From Amphiscolops sp. MND2022 (lineage: Eukaryota), in the NCBI GenBank assembly GCA_964187785.1, contig OZ076410.1, forward strand, positions 64,170,001 to 64,234,000: 64,000 nt of DNA, written 5' to 3'. How positions within the stretch are numbered: position 1 is the first letter of the stretch; the number at the start of each line of letters is the position of its first letter. Made by a program: the position numbers and the translations under genes. This document shows positions 47,217-58,748 of the stretch, piece after piece. The notes beneath the pieces were generated by a model. That model did no database searches, was not told the origin of the DNA, and saw only the letters and a program-made list of their open reading frames with translations.

Positions 47217-50157
47217 TTATCTTTGAAAGGTATTATCTCTAGAGTAAGATCGAGACTTATATAGGGGACGTGAATCACGTCTGTAAGGTGATCTGTAAGA
47301 AGATCTGTATGGTGAACGATATGAACAAGAATCTCTTTGACAGTCGTCATACCGAGACCGGGTATAATGTGGAGGAGTAGTAGTTCGATCATAATTGTAG
47401 CGAGTTCTAGAAGTAGATCGTTGTCGATATTGAGGATTATTGGATTTTTGATAATCATGTCGAGATGTACTTCGACTATGATATCGAGTGGGATAGTCAT
47501 TTGGTCTTGTATCATATCTTGGTGTTTTATCATTGGAGGAAGAACGAAAATATTGTACAAAAGATTTTTGAGGAGACTTTGATTGTGCATAAGTATCACG
47601 TTTATCTTCATCACCTCGTTGTTTTTTGAAACAGGTTGAGATAGAGTGATTTGTTCTATGGCAAAAGGAGCGATACTTTTTGTAAGCGGGTTTTGTTTTA
47701 TTATTTGGATCTCGTGGTTGTGTAAACATTATTTGATCAGATTGTTGTGAGTCTAATGTCTGAGTTTGTAGTTGTTTTGTAATATTATTTGACTTCGAGG
47801 GTTAGATCATGTGTGCGTATTTTGTCATTTGCTATGTCTTCAGCATCTACAAGTTTTACAAGTGTATGGAAAGGAATTGAAGGTTCTAAAACAGTAGAAG
47901 TATGTTTAACTTGTCTTTCGTTCGCAAAATCCTTAAGGTTTTTGGGAAGTCCTTTGGCAAAGATTTCATTGCATTTAAGGTTGATGGTTGATGCATTTTC
48001 ATTACACCAGCCCTTTTCAACGAGTTGTTGGACTTTAAGTGCAAAATAACGAACAGTTTCATTATCCTTTTTTGTTGAACTAAGAGCTTCAACTTGTGCA
48101 TAATAAGCGTTTTTCTGTGATTAAAATTGTTTTTTAAAAGCTTGTGCAAAAGCGTTCCAATCTTGTTGATGAGTATCGTTTAAGCGAATGTAGCAACTAA
48201 GAGCAGTTCCAGTGAGTGAACAATGTACAAAAGCCATTCGGCGAGCATGCCAAAATTTATATTCATTAACAGTGGTAGGTTGTAATCCTAACGAAAATGT
48301 AACACGGGCTTCAATGTGTTGTAAGTATTCTTCTGGTGTGTAATTATGGTCTAAACCATCAAAAGGTTTAATAGGTTCTGAAATAGATGTAGCAGAATTA
48401 ATGTATGTTGGAGTACTTGGAGTAGATAGATGTAGAGTGGTTGGAGGTATGGTATGAGTAGTAGAAGGATTAAAAGAAGTGGGAGGTATATTGAGAGCGT
48501 TGGTTTGAGGTTGGGTATGAATTGGTTGAATAGGCGGAATTGTTTGTGTCGTAGTAGAAGGAATATGAGGATGAAAATTTGTAGCAGACGATTGTATATT
48601 TGTATTAGTGGACTGAATCTTATTTGAAAAGGATTGTGAATGGAGATTGGTACTAGTAAGATTGTATGAAAGTGGGTTGTTTTGAATAAGTGGTAAAGGA
48701 GGTCTTGATAAATTGCGAGAAGTAGTAACATTAATTACAGGATTAGTATGTGAAGTATTAATAGTTAATATAGGAGAAGTATTGGATGATACGGATGGTT
48801 GAGCAGGAAGGTATTGTAGTGTTTGATGAGATTGTATGGGTGTAGTATTTGTGTGAAACTGAGTTTCATGTAAGGGGTGTTGTCTGATGGGAAAGGTATT
48901 GGAAGAACCCTGTTGAGGTGAATTATGAGAAGTACTATGGGTAGAATCATCAGATGGAGGAGGCGGTGGATCATAATTTCGTTGTGGTGTGTTTGAGGTG
49001 GTTGTGTGTCAATAGTATTTGTTACGGATAATGTAGAAGGATTTTCTTGGTTGAAAATATGATCACCATGTTCTGTAATGTTTCGGGTAGGTATCTGAAT
49101 AGCATTAGAATCTGTGGTAATAGAAGTATTGGGTGGAAATGTGAGAATGTCTTGTACGGTTTCAGCTGTATCATGTGTTAATTGTGATGGTTGTTGTGGA
49201 GTAGTTGGTTGACGTTGAATTACAAGCTCATCATCAGTAGTGTTGTCTTGAAATGAATTTATATTAGGTCTATTGGCAGAAATTTCAGATAGTACATTTT
49301 CATGATCATTAGTGGTATTTTGAAGTAAATTCATAATAGGTCTATTATCGGAAGTTTCGGATTGTTCGATAAGGAAATCAGAATTGAGTATTATAGAGTC
49401 AATATTAGATATGGGAAATGTTGTGAAATTTTTATAAAAAGGGTGTTTGAAATCATTTCGGATAATAAATGGTAGGAGTTCAGTATCAGTAAGTACCTGG
49501 GGAAAATTAACGTATGCATTTTGATCTCTTTGTTCCCATAATAGTTGATAAATATATCTGAAGATTTTTAAGAGAAAAAGAGAGAAGATTTTGATTTGTG
49601 GTATGGTATCATCATCTAGTATAATCTTTTGGAAAAATCTGTGCTGACAGTTTGTGACTTGTAAAAGATCTTGTTGAAAAATGAGAACTATTATGGCGTA
49701 TAATTTTTGAGTCTATATCTAGTACATCGAAATAGATTGCTTTTTCTTTTAAACTTTTGAGAAGAGAAGGTCGATAATGTGGTGTATCTAAGTTTTCATT
49801 ATGTTCAATAAGTTTGTCTATATGGGTAGTGAAAACATCTTGGATCGATAGTTTTAAATTTTGAGGATGAATAGTTCTGTAAAATGTTCCAGATTTAACA
49901 CCTTGTACTGAATTGAAAATGACTTGAAAAGGTTGTTGCGAAGGTGCAGTGTCGAAGGTTTTATACCTGATGTAATAAAGGTATGCGTCTAATTGTTCTC
50001 GAAGTAATAGTATTGTATGTATTGAGTGTGGTTCAGTTTCAAATGAAAGTGGGTTTGTGTATTGAAAAATTAGATTGTTTAAGAAAGGTATTACATCTTG
50101 AGTTATTGAACGGGCAGATCTTTGTTGTGGAGATAATGTAAATTGAATGGGAAGCAT
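47217..50157 (-). pseudogene. gag: Gypsy gag with long N-terminal extension, capsid domain and CCHC-like knuckle
   Basis: IKPFDGLDHNYTPEEYLQHIEARV...LTGTALS (capsid-like, ~48200-48370); degenerate knuckle SFCHRTNHSISTC and an R/S/Y-rich tail; upstream fragments 48351-50157. Confidence 0.8.
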
Positions 50158-51033
50158 TATGTAATGGTAGGGAGTTTTATATCAGTCACAGTAGAAATTG
50201 TTTAATAAATTAAACAAATACTGGGTGAGAATATATTGTGTAGTGAAATGGATAGGATATGGACGTATTAGGTCTACAAATGTGATTTGTAAAAAAACAG
50301 TAATTATAGTTAAAAAGGTGAGTAAGAATTAATTAGATGTTAGTGAAAGTAGAGTACAAATTGTATTATAAATTACAAGAAGGCCAAAAAGAGGAAGTAC
50401 TATAGTATGTATCATACGAAAGTGAGAGATTGATAGTAGTTGGAAAGAATGAGGAATGTGGACTTAAAGTATTAGAATCTTGGTATGAAAGGGACCAAAA
50501 ATTTGTCAAAGAAAAGTGCAATACCAGCAAGTATACCAAAGGAGAACCAAAGTAAAAATAAAAAGCGTACTAAAGTGTCGACTGAAATCATTAACAAAAG
50601 AGAATTTATGTATTTTATTGTGTTAAAAGTTGAGTTTGTATTAGATAGTAATAGTATTAAAGGTAGGGTAGGTTTTGTAGTATAGCTTTTGTATTATAGT
50701 CTTGATATTATTTGTATTATAGTTTTGATATTATCAGAAGTGAAGTTCGTATTATTGATCCGCGGCAGTGTTTAAGAAAGTTAAAATGTATATATTAAGA
50801 TATTATTGAAGGAAATGGTATGAAAGAGGTGAAAGGAGAGAAAATATGTTATGTTTGTGTGCCAACTTTATTTAAGTTCATCCAAGCGGCTAGGACCAAA
50901 GTATTTGACTAGCAGGAATCGCCGGATAGCACGATTTGAAAACCAACACGAATCGCACGTCTGCGGTTGGAACAAAAAGAAAAGAAAAAGCAACACGAAT
51001 TCACCTTGTGGTGGTTGAAACGAAGAAATTTCA

Positions 51034-51166
51034 ACTGATAGGAATTACGTTATTACGTAGTCAGAACCATAAAATATCTACTGACAGGAATTACGTACAA
51101 TGACGTAGTCAGAACCAAAGAGTTTTTACTGACAAGAATTACGTTGGAGGACGCAGTCAGAACCAT
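51034..51166. repeat. Three tandem 46-48-bp hairpin-forming units in the Gypsy 5' leader
   Basis: ACTGA(T/C)A(G/A)GAATTACGT-variable-ACG(T/C)AGTCAGAACCA at 51034, 51080 and 51128. Confidence 0.8.
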
Positions 51167-51320
51167 ATGTGAATTAACATTGATATACAAGAGAAAGAGG
51201 AGGCGACACGGTGTGTCCAACAAAGAAATATCGTATGAAAAAGTTGAGAAAATGTGTACAAGAGGAGTGAATTTGAGGTACTAGGGGAAGAGAAAAGAGA
51301 ATTTTCGTGGTCGCACTAAT

Positions 51321-51761
51321 TGAGCTGTTAAAGACTTGTTTGATGTTTGACTTTATTTCTTTTATTGACCACATAAGAAGTTCTTACTAAGTCTTAACAG
51401 AATACCGTCTAGCTAGCTATTCTTCTTTTACTGAACTGAGTAGGATGATATCAAGCTGAGATCTCAGAATTCTTTCTCTTCTAAGATGAGAGTACTGTTT
51501 GATTACAACATTCAAGTTACTCTGAGTATATAGATTTAGCTAGTACACCAATCAATAATGAGATTAAGTAGAATCCAAATCATTATAAGATGAAGTTAAA
51601 GGGATTACATTTTATAATGGAATCATTCGAAATGTTAGCGTCTCAATAATTGAAGTATTAACTTCTAGATAGAATGGCATCTGTCATGCTATTATGTCAC
51701 GAAGTTTAATTATACTTTTACAAATATTAGGATTCTTGATGTCATGCATCATGACGTCACA
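51321..51761 (-). repeat. 5' LTR of the Gypsy element
   Basis: TGAGCTGTTAAAGACTTG...CATGACGTCACA, direct repeat of 33965-34405. Confidence 0.92.
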
Positions 51762-51861
51762 ATACCTGTCAATGCTTTTCAACAAGCTAAATATTTATTT
51801 TTGTTAGCTTTCATGATATTTTTTTCAAAAGTCATTCATACAACTGGCACATTCAATTCAG

Positions 51862-52375
51862 GCACCTTCAGTTTGCAACGACAAGGTTGTAAGAAAAAGC
51901 ACCATCTGTAAAGGAACGAATGACCCACATTACCACGAAGTGAGAGAATTCTGCCAACTTGATTTTTTTATCCGATTCTATTATGTTACCCGTGCTTACA
52001 ATGATACTGTGAATACGTGTATTCGCGACATGCAGCAAGAGTTCAAACCAGATATTGTGATGTTCAATTCTACAGTATGGGATGTCGCGCGATATGAAGT
52101 ACCCTTTCAGCTACCGATTTTTGAACAAAACGTGAACAGGGCGTGTTCTGAATTGAGAAATTCTGTGGTAAATTGTACGTTCATATGGCTCCATCAGCCC
52201 CCGGTTAATGCCAATTGTAGTCGAGGTGCAGATGGTGCTACTAGAGAGCTCGTAAGAGACAACGTGGTAGACTGGATACTGAAAGCTGTCAATCGAAGTG
52301 AGGAACTCTGCAAGGCGAATGACTTTTATTCAATAGATCTGTACAATCTAATGAAAGATAGAACAAGCTGGCTAG
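51862..52375 (+). CDS. PCED1: PCED1-like gene, exon 2
   Basis: Acceptor ATTCAATTCAG|GCA in phase 0 with exon 1; HYHEVREF...FIRFYYVTRAY...PDIVMFNSTVWDVARY matches the PCED1 core; donor CTAG|GTGAGT (phase 1). Confidence 0.88.
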
Positions 52376-52922
52376 GTGAGTTGTTCTTGAGATGTTATTT
52401 TGGGCGATGTCCATGTGAACTATGGTACTGAAAAACATTTACTAAATAAAGTTTCATTTTTCAATGGATGGGATTAATTGTACTTCTGTTTTAATTATTT
52501 CTGCATAAGCTGTAGAAACCGTAAATGTGATCTTATTTGTGGACCCGCTTTGTTCGCCAATTTTGATTGGCTACTCGAAATCTTAGGCTAATTGGTTTAA
52601 TTCTCGTAGCAGCGGGAAGCGTTTTATTGAGATGAAACGAACGAGTGTTATTTATTCGTACGGTGAGATATTCGCTTGCATTCAAAAGGCTTAGTTATAT
52701 TCTTTTGTTCAAGGAACAAAGCTTATCGCCCGAGGAGAATCGAAGGCTGTATAAAATGGTAGTGATTAATTGTGCACTATATATTGAATCCACAGGTGTA
52801 TGGTTATTGATACATTGTATGTCTTTATTATTGAACTTCGAAGTCAATGATTTTTGTAGCCTGCAGCAGAAATATTTCTGTGCCCCACAAGAGCTTATTT
52901 TATTTGAATGAAAATTCAAAAG

Positions 52923-53336
52923 TACAGTACTGTGGAAATTTTTAAAACATCAGAAATAAAAATTTCGAATTTTATCTAGTTTGCATAAGTATTTTTGTAT
53001 TATTTCTCAGACAAAATTGAGAAAGTTACAAATGGCTGATTTCGAGCAAAATTAGGACTTTTTGCCGTTTTTTAATATTTTGACCGTTTTATCCGCCGTT
53101 TCTTGATAAGTTTTATGCTCAATTTACTCCCACAAATCTACTGAATTGATGGGTATACATTTTGATTACAAAAATATTTCAACCGTTTCCGAAATATCGG
53201 GCTCAAAAGGTAAAATTTCTTCGATTTAAACGAATTTCACTCGATGCGTCAATCAAAATTGAAGGTGAGAGCAAATAAACAGTTTTAATTAGCGGAAAAC
53301 CTCATAGGGGGACGGCTTCTTAATCACAGTACTGTA
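52923..53336. mobile_element. Probable Tc1/mariner-type MITE
   Basis: TACAGTACTGTG at 52923 and its reverse complement CACAGTACTGTA ending at 53336 (TA TSD plus short TIR). Confidence 0.55.
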
Positions 53337-53996
53337 ATGTTATTTTGCATTTTTGTGTTTTTTGGTTCTTTCAAAATCTTTGGTACTATATCTCGGGAGC
53401 CAGTAGACACCAAAACAAGCAGGAACGGTCTACGTCGGCGCTCAGCTCATGTATCAAAAAAATCAAGTTACACAAATATGCAAAGACACTTTTGTTGAAA
53501 ATATCAATTTTGCAGTACCGAAAAGTACCCGAAGGGATACGCATAAAACTCGAGAACCACATTTCCCAACTTGAAAAAAATATGAAACACATTTTTCCCG
53601 AAATTTTTCTCCGAAAAAGTCAATGTTTTTATGAATATTTTTTTTGTAAATTTATGATTCGCAGGGTTATAATTTGAAAAAAGACTTTTTCGAGATTGTT
53701 CGTGTGATCGAAGTTTGATTGAAGAAAATGTCTCAACGCCAGTGGTTCTCCACAATTTCGTTGTGAATTTGCTGTCTTGTACTGAGAACCCACGTTTGTT
53801 TTCGATTTTGCATGTCTTTGTCTTTTCTTGATTTTTTATGACCTGAAGGAGGCCATGTTCTCCTCGTGGGTCTTGTTAAGTGTGATACTATGTATCCCAC
53901 GAGCTGAGTGCCTCCCTAAAACTACAGTACCAAGACAACAGCAACCAATTTCTACATACTTTTTACAGGTGATTGTCATGTCCCACAGGATTATCC

Positions 53997-54170
53997 ATGA
54001 ATCCAGACTGTCCATACTATAGGCCATTTATGATTCCAGGCTGTCCATACTCTGGACAATTTATGAATCCAGACTAGACCATGTATGATTTCAGATTGGA
54101 CCATAGAAGTTTACCGTGTTGACCGACCATACGTTTATCATATACATACGATTCCAGGTTGATCATAGGA
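53997..54170. repeat. Degenerate 33-bp minisatellite
   Basis: ATGA(A/T)TCCAG(A/G)CT..CCAT at 53997, 54030 and 54063, with weaker copies to ~54170. Confidence 0.65.
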
Positions 54171-54577
54171 AGATCATTAGAAAAAGTTCTGTATGATTTG
54201 TATGGTGCCATATATGATCAGAGTATAAACAACCTGGTCGGGAATCCAGGGTAGACAAAAATCCGAGTAACTTTGGTTTCTGTCACAATTTGAAAAAGTG
54301 AAAGTTTTTGAGAAATTAGCAAAATCATAATGCATTCCAAACTTGTTTCTACCGAACAGGGTTTTCCATTCTTTTGTTACTGAACTGTGGGTAGTAGTTG
54401 GAAAACATTTGTACTCGTCGCATCCGATTTCGGCTACGTTTTAGCACCGAGGTGAAATGACTAAGAGAGTTTGAGTCGTAGTTCAATCTCACGCCATTCA
54501 AATTTCTCCACATTAAGCATTCATATGCACATTTTGAAAACTAAAACTTTAGTTCTCAGACTTTTTTCTTATTTCAG

Positions 54578-54702
54578 CGAAAGATGGCGTCCATTGGGCA
54601 TCGAAGGGTCTAAGATGCATGACCCTGTTGATCTTCCACAAGCTTAGCAAGATATTGAACGTTCCTTTGCCCTCTGAAAGTGTCGAATACGAGACTAGCT
54701 AG
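54578..54702 (+). CDS. PCED1: PCED1-like gene, terminal exon 3
   Basis: Acceptor TTTTTTCTTATTTCAG|CG completes phase 1; KDGVHW (catalytic DxxH) ...LNVPLP...TAG; joined CDS is 837 nt = 278 aa with no stop. Confidence 0.88.
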
Positions 54703-55699
54703 ACTGGATTGAAAATTTGAAATAGGAGTTTGCTACCGAATTTAAATGATCTGAAAATATTTATTCCTGATATGAATTGTTTAATTTATTTATAAATTAT
54801 TCAATTTATTTATGAAATATTTAATTTATTTATGAAATATTTAATTTAATTTCATTTAGGGAGACTTTAGTTTTTTTGCATTGCTATGAAATTTCTGGCA
54901 TAATTTTCATGTTTTCTGGTCTTTTCATGTTGAGGCCTTAAAATGAACACTACGTAAGACTTTTCTTCATTTTAAAAAAACTTGAACTACACAAACCGTG
55001 TCTACACAAACTCCCCCTCTCAAAAATATACCTTTTGGTAATATTCTGAGTTTCTTAGAATTTTCAGGAACGTTAAACGCAACTTGAAAACGTCATTTCC
55101 CAGCACTTGAACGCTGCGTCTGCACAAGATGAATGCCATGCGTTCCAGAATTGTGGTTCGAACCTAATCATTCAATGGAGTAAAAAGATTGGTTTTACTC
55201 AAAATCCTTTTTTTTTCACGAAACAAGTATTGCTAAAATATAAATCCGTAGACAAAATCACAGGGTCAAGTTCAGCTTCGATTCACGATATTTCAATTGC
55301 AGTAGTCTTGGTAGTCATACTAGGGTACCAAACAGCTAAAGATACTCGATTTCGCTGACAAAAATTTTGAACTGCAATAATATATCAAGTATTCACTCAA
55401 TTGACACAAAAGCTCTAGGAGCAAAAGTCAAATTTTGATCAGAATTACAGGTGTATGTTTCATTTCGAAATCAAAGAAAAAATACAAAAGTTTTAAAACT
55501 TGACTTATTTTCGACTTTTGGCCTTTTTACACTTGCGATAAGCAAGTGTTATGGGAAAGTGCGAGTTTTTTTTCCGCGCGACAACTCTCGTTTCAGACCG
55601 CAAGTCGCATGATTCAGACTTTTTTGGTCTAGCGGTAAGATGCTTGCTTTTCAACCCAGAGGGTCCGAGTGCCTATGCGCTAATTTTTTTTACAATATT

Positions 55700-56500
55700 T
55701 TAGAAGCAGAAGATTTTCACTTTTTTCGACAATATGAGACTCCCCCTCCCCCCTTTTCGGCTTTTTGAGACTTATTTTCGAAAATTTTTTTAATGTCCCC
55801 AAAGGGTCCTCTCTTCATTTTTTTGGTATTTTGCAACAGAACGAACGTTAAAAAATTCAAAAGGGTCTCTTCCAGATTTTTCGGCACTATGAGACTGTTA
55901 AAAATTCGCATTTTTTTCTAAAATTTTTCGAAGTCTCCAAATGGTCCCCCTTCAATTTTTTTGAATTATCGCAAAAGAATGGATGTTAAAAAATCTCAAA
56001 GAACCCCCGTTTCACAGTTTTCGGCCTTGTGAGATTTTTCAAAAGTAATAATTTTTGTCTTAAAGTTAGGTTTTCTCAGGCCCAGCACGCTATATCTGAT
56101 TTTTTTTCAAAGACCGGTGTTTTTCATATGCGACTTTTTCATTTTTTTTCATCGAAGTCCCCCCTCAATTTTTACCAAAAATGAAACGTTTTATGACTCT
56201 AAAGGACTCGTCAAGGTTTTCGGCACTATGCGACTTCAAAAAAATTGCCGGTGTCCTTCAAAAAAATTTTTCGAAAATACTTTAGAAAAATTTCGGAAAA
56301 TTTTTGAAAAAAATTTTTCCTTAAATTTTCTGTTTTTTTTTCAAGGTTTTCCGTTGAGGAAGATGGGTTTTTTGCTGTTTTCAGTTGGGGAAGAATGGTT
56401 TTCGAGACTTATGCTCATCCCTTCGGGTATTTTTTGGCGCTGTAAAATTGATGAAATTTTAACATACTCCTTTTACCCTTGGTTCTACGTATGATATTGC
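55700..56500. repeat. Dispersed CGGCACTATGAGACT/GGTCCCC repeat family copy
   Basis: Multiple CGGCACTATG(A/C)GACT and GGTCCCCC(C)TTCAATTTT motifs, the same family as 10270-10943 in opposite orientation; another piece at 57690-57900. Confidence 0.65.
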
Positions 56501-57179
56501 TTATTTGGTTTTCAAAACTTCGCAAGTGTTTGCGAAGCACGGCTTCGCCTCTGTGTGTGAAATTTATCATGCAAAGCGAAAAGCATTACAGCGAAAGTCT
56601 GTAATATCACAGCAATATCCGCTGTTCGTAACAAAAAGTGCTTGCAACAAATTTTGATTTTGAAATTGACACCATAAAAAATTACAAAATGACCACCAAA
56701 CGCAAATTGTTCAATTTTCACAAGGTGAAAAAATTGTTTCGACGGAATCACAAATGTTTTCGGCCTGTTCATTTCTCAAGAAATCATTTTCGGAGGAAGT
56801 GTTAAATGAAATAGTTAACGATGCCTAAGTTACAAAATAATTAAGAGAGGTTTTCTGAACAATACCATGTGCGATCTTTTTTGAATCGTTGTTCGACTTC
56901 GAAACAAAACAACCGTTGCATTTCTGAATAAAATTTGAGGTACTTACTTTCGAGACTTTTTTTGAAAGAAGAACATCTTGAAAGGTTTTGCGCTTTGAGA
57001 ATTTTTGTTAGCCAAATCGAGTGTCTTTAGCTTTTTGCTACCTTAGATATTGATGTAACATAGTGAGATATTGAAAAATCCAGACCTATACGTTGGATTC
57101 TTTTCGAAATTTGTTTTTTTGGTGGCACAAAATGTTTCAGTTGCATTGATCCAGACAGGTCAGTATGAAATCCATTGGA

Positions 57180-57462
57180 TCAAGGTGCCTTACCAGAGCC
57201 ACCGAAAGCTGCAATTGGATGACAAAGTTGGTACCGATTGAAATCAGGCTGGGTTATATACTCTTTCACAGCTGGGATATCTTCAGTGTCCCTTATATTT
57301 CTGTAGAAAAGGGTATTCTTCGAGTATATTGGGCTCTAGAATTGAGTATGCATCCAACATTGACCATGAATGGAAGTCCGGGTACTTCAATGAATCACCA
57401 AAGAGAAACTTGCAGCCGCTTTTTGATAGGAAAGTTTCTAAATAGCTGAAGACATCTTTAAC
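57180..57462 (-). pseudogene. Glutathione S-transferase, last exon, with one frameshift near 57285
   Basis: Acceptor TTCTGTCCCAG|GTT; VKDVFSYLETFLSKSGCKFLFGDSLKYPDFHSWSMLDAYSILEPNILEEYPFLQKY, then shifted EDIPAVKEYITQPDFNRYQLCHPIAAFGG* (GST C-terminal domain pattern). Confidence 0.75.
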
Positions 57463-58466
57463 CTGGGACAGAATATCGGCTTTTGTTCGTTTGCACTAAA
57501 ATACCATTTTCTTTTCGCAATTACAACTTATTCTTTTTAGTCGGCGCTTTTTTTTTCGTCCGACCACCCAGCTCACTCTGTATGTACCACTTTTTAGTAC
57601 AGACTTTAATCAGTTTAGAGGGAACTCAGCGGCCGCGGGTTCGAGTCCCTGCTGCAGTGAGAAACTTTTGTGCATTTGCGAAACCGGACGCGACTAAAGG
57701 GTCCCCTTTCACTTTTTTTCCGGCTCTGTGGGAGGTTTTTTTTGGAAATTAATGTCTCAAAAGGGTCCCCACTTCAACATTTTTGATACTTTTTTTTTCA
57801 TACATTTTTGATACATTTTTTTCATACACTTTGCAACAAACCTGGAGTTTCCATGAGCCCGTTTCACATTTTTCGGTACCATGAGACTGTTTAAAAATTC
57901 ATTTTTCGTGACATTTATTTATCTGAATGCATTAAAAACCAATTTACCAGACATCCAAAAAGCTACAAAAGAACTGTTCACCGTTAAATTTCGACCTTCA
58001 GAACCAATAAGAGAGGGATGCGGAAATTAGTGACTGGTTTAGAAAGCGCTCATAGGAAAATCAATTAAGAAAATGCATTCAAATGGATCTTTATTGTCAA
58101 CGATGTAAATTTGACTGACACGTTTAGGAAGAACTTCAAGTTTAATTTTCGAGAGTTTTTCATTTTCAGTGGGTATTCAATTCAGTGTTTTGAGGAAGTT
58201 GTAGATCACAGTAATAGTGCGTTTTTTCAACGATTTTTGTTTCCTCATTGTTGTTTTACATGAAGATGGATGTTTCGTTTTCGTTCTGCGGGTTTCATAA
58301 TATTGGGATCCTCATTGAGTTCTAGCATGCTTACCCTTTCTACAAACCATCTGCCTGAATACTTTGTTATAAGGTTCCGATATGTATGTTCCATATGCTG
58401 TTCAAATCTGGAGTTCACCATGGGTAGAAATCAGTGATGATATCATTTTTTGGAAAAAAAATGCTT

Positions 58467-58748
58467 TCAATCTTTTGTGCCATAATTTTTTTTGCTAAAT
58501 TTGTTTTGTAAGTTGCACTGTAGCTGGAAAATGGTGCATTTTGGCTTAGCATTGTAGAACTTGAGTAACAACTTGCGACGATACATGTCGTACTTTGTAA
58601 AAAAATCCACAAAACTTTCTTTGTTTGAATGTGGTTTTCGAAATTCAGAATTTTTGTCTATGTAAACTCCGAAATATTTGAAGGAAGTTCTGCTCATATT
58701 CTCGATTTGAAACGTAATATATGAAATAATTTGGTATTTCCTATGCAC
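58467..58748 (-). mobile_element. LINE (CR1/L2-like) RT C-terminal remnant inside the GST intron
   Basis: FKYFGVYIDKN.EF..H...LLKFYN resembles the KYLGV.ID..L.F..H...LL..Y LINE motif. Confidence 0.5.

Larger units (their letters stand above)
33965..51761 (-). mobile_element. Ty3/Gypsy LTR retrotransposon with env-like gene and accessory ORFs, 17.8 kb
   Basis: Direct 441-bp LTRs (TG...CA on the minus strand); flanks ATGC/ATAC as a possible 4-bp TSD with one mismatch; order gag-PR-RT-RH-IN-(ORF)-env-(ORFs). Confidence 0.93.

Noticed and set aside
51034-51166. CRISPR-like repeat-spacer appearance
   Set aside because: Eukaryotic retroelement leader, only three units, very short variable parts and no cas genes; treated as RNA hairpins.
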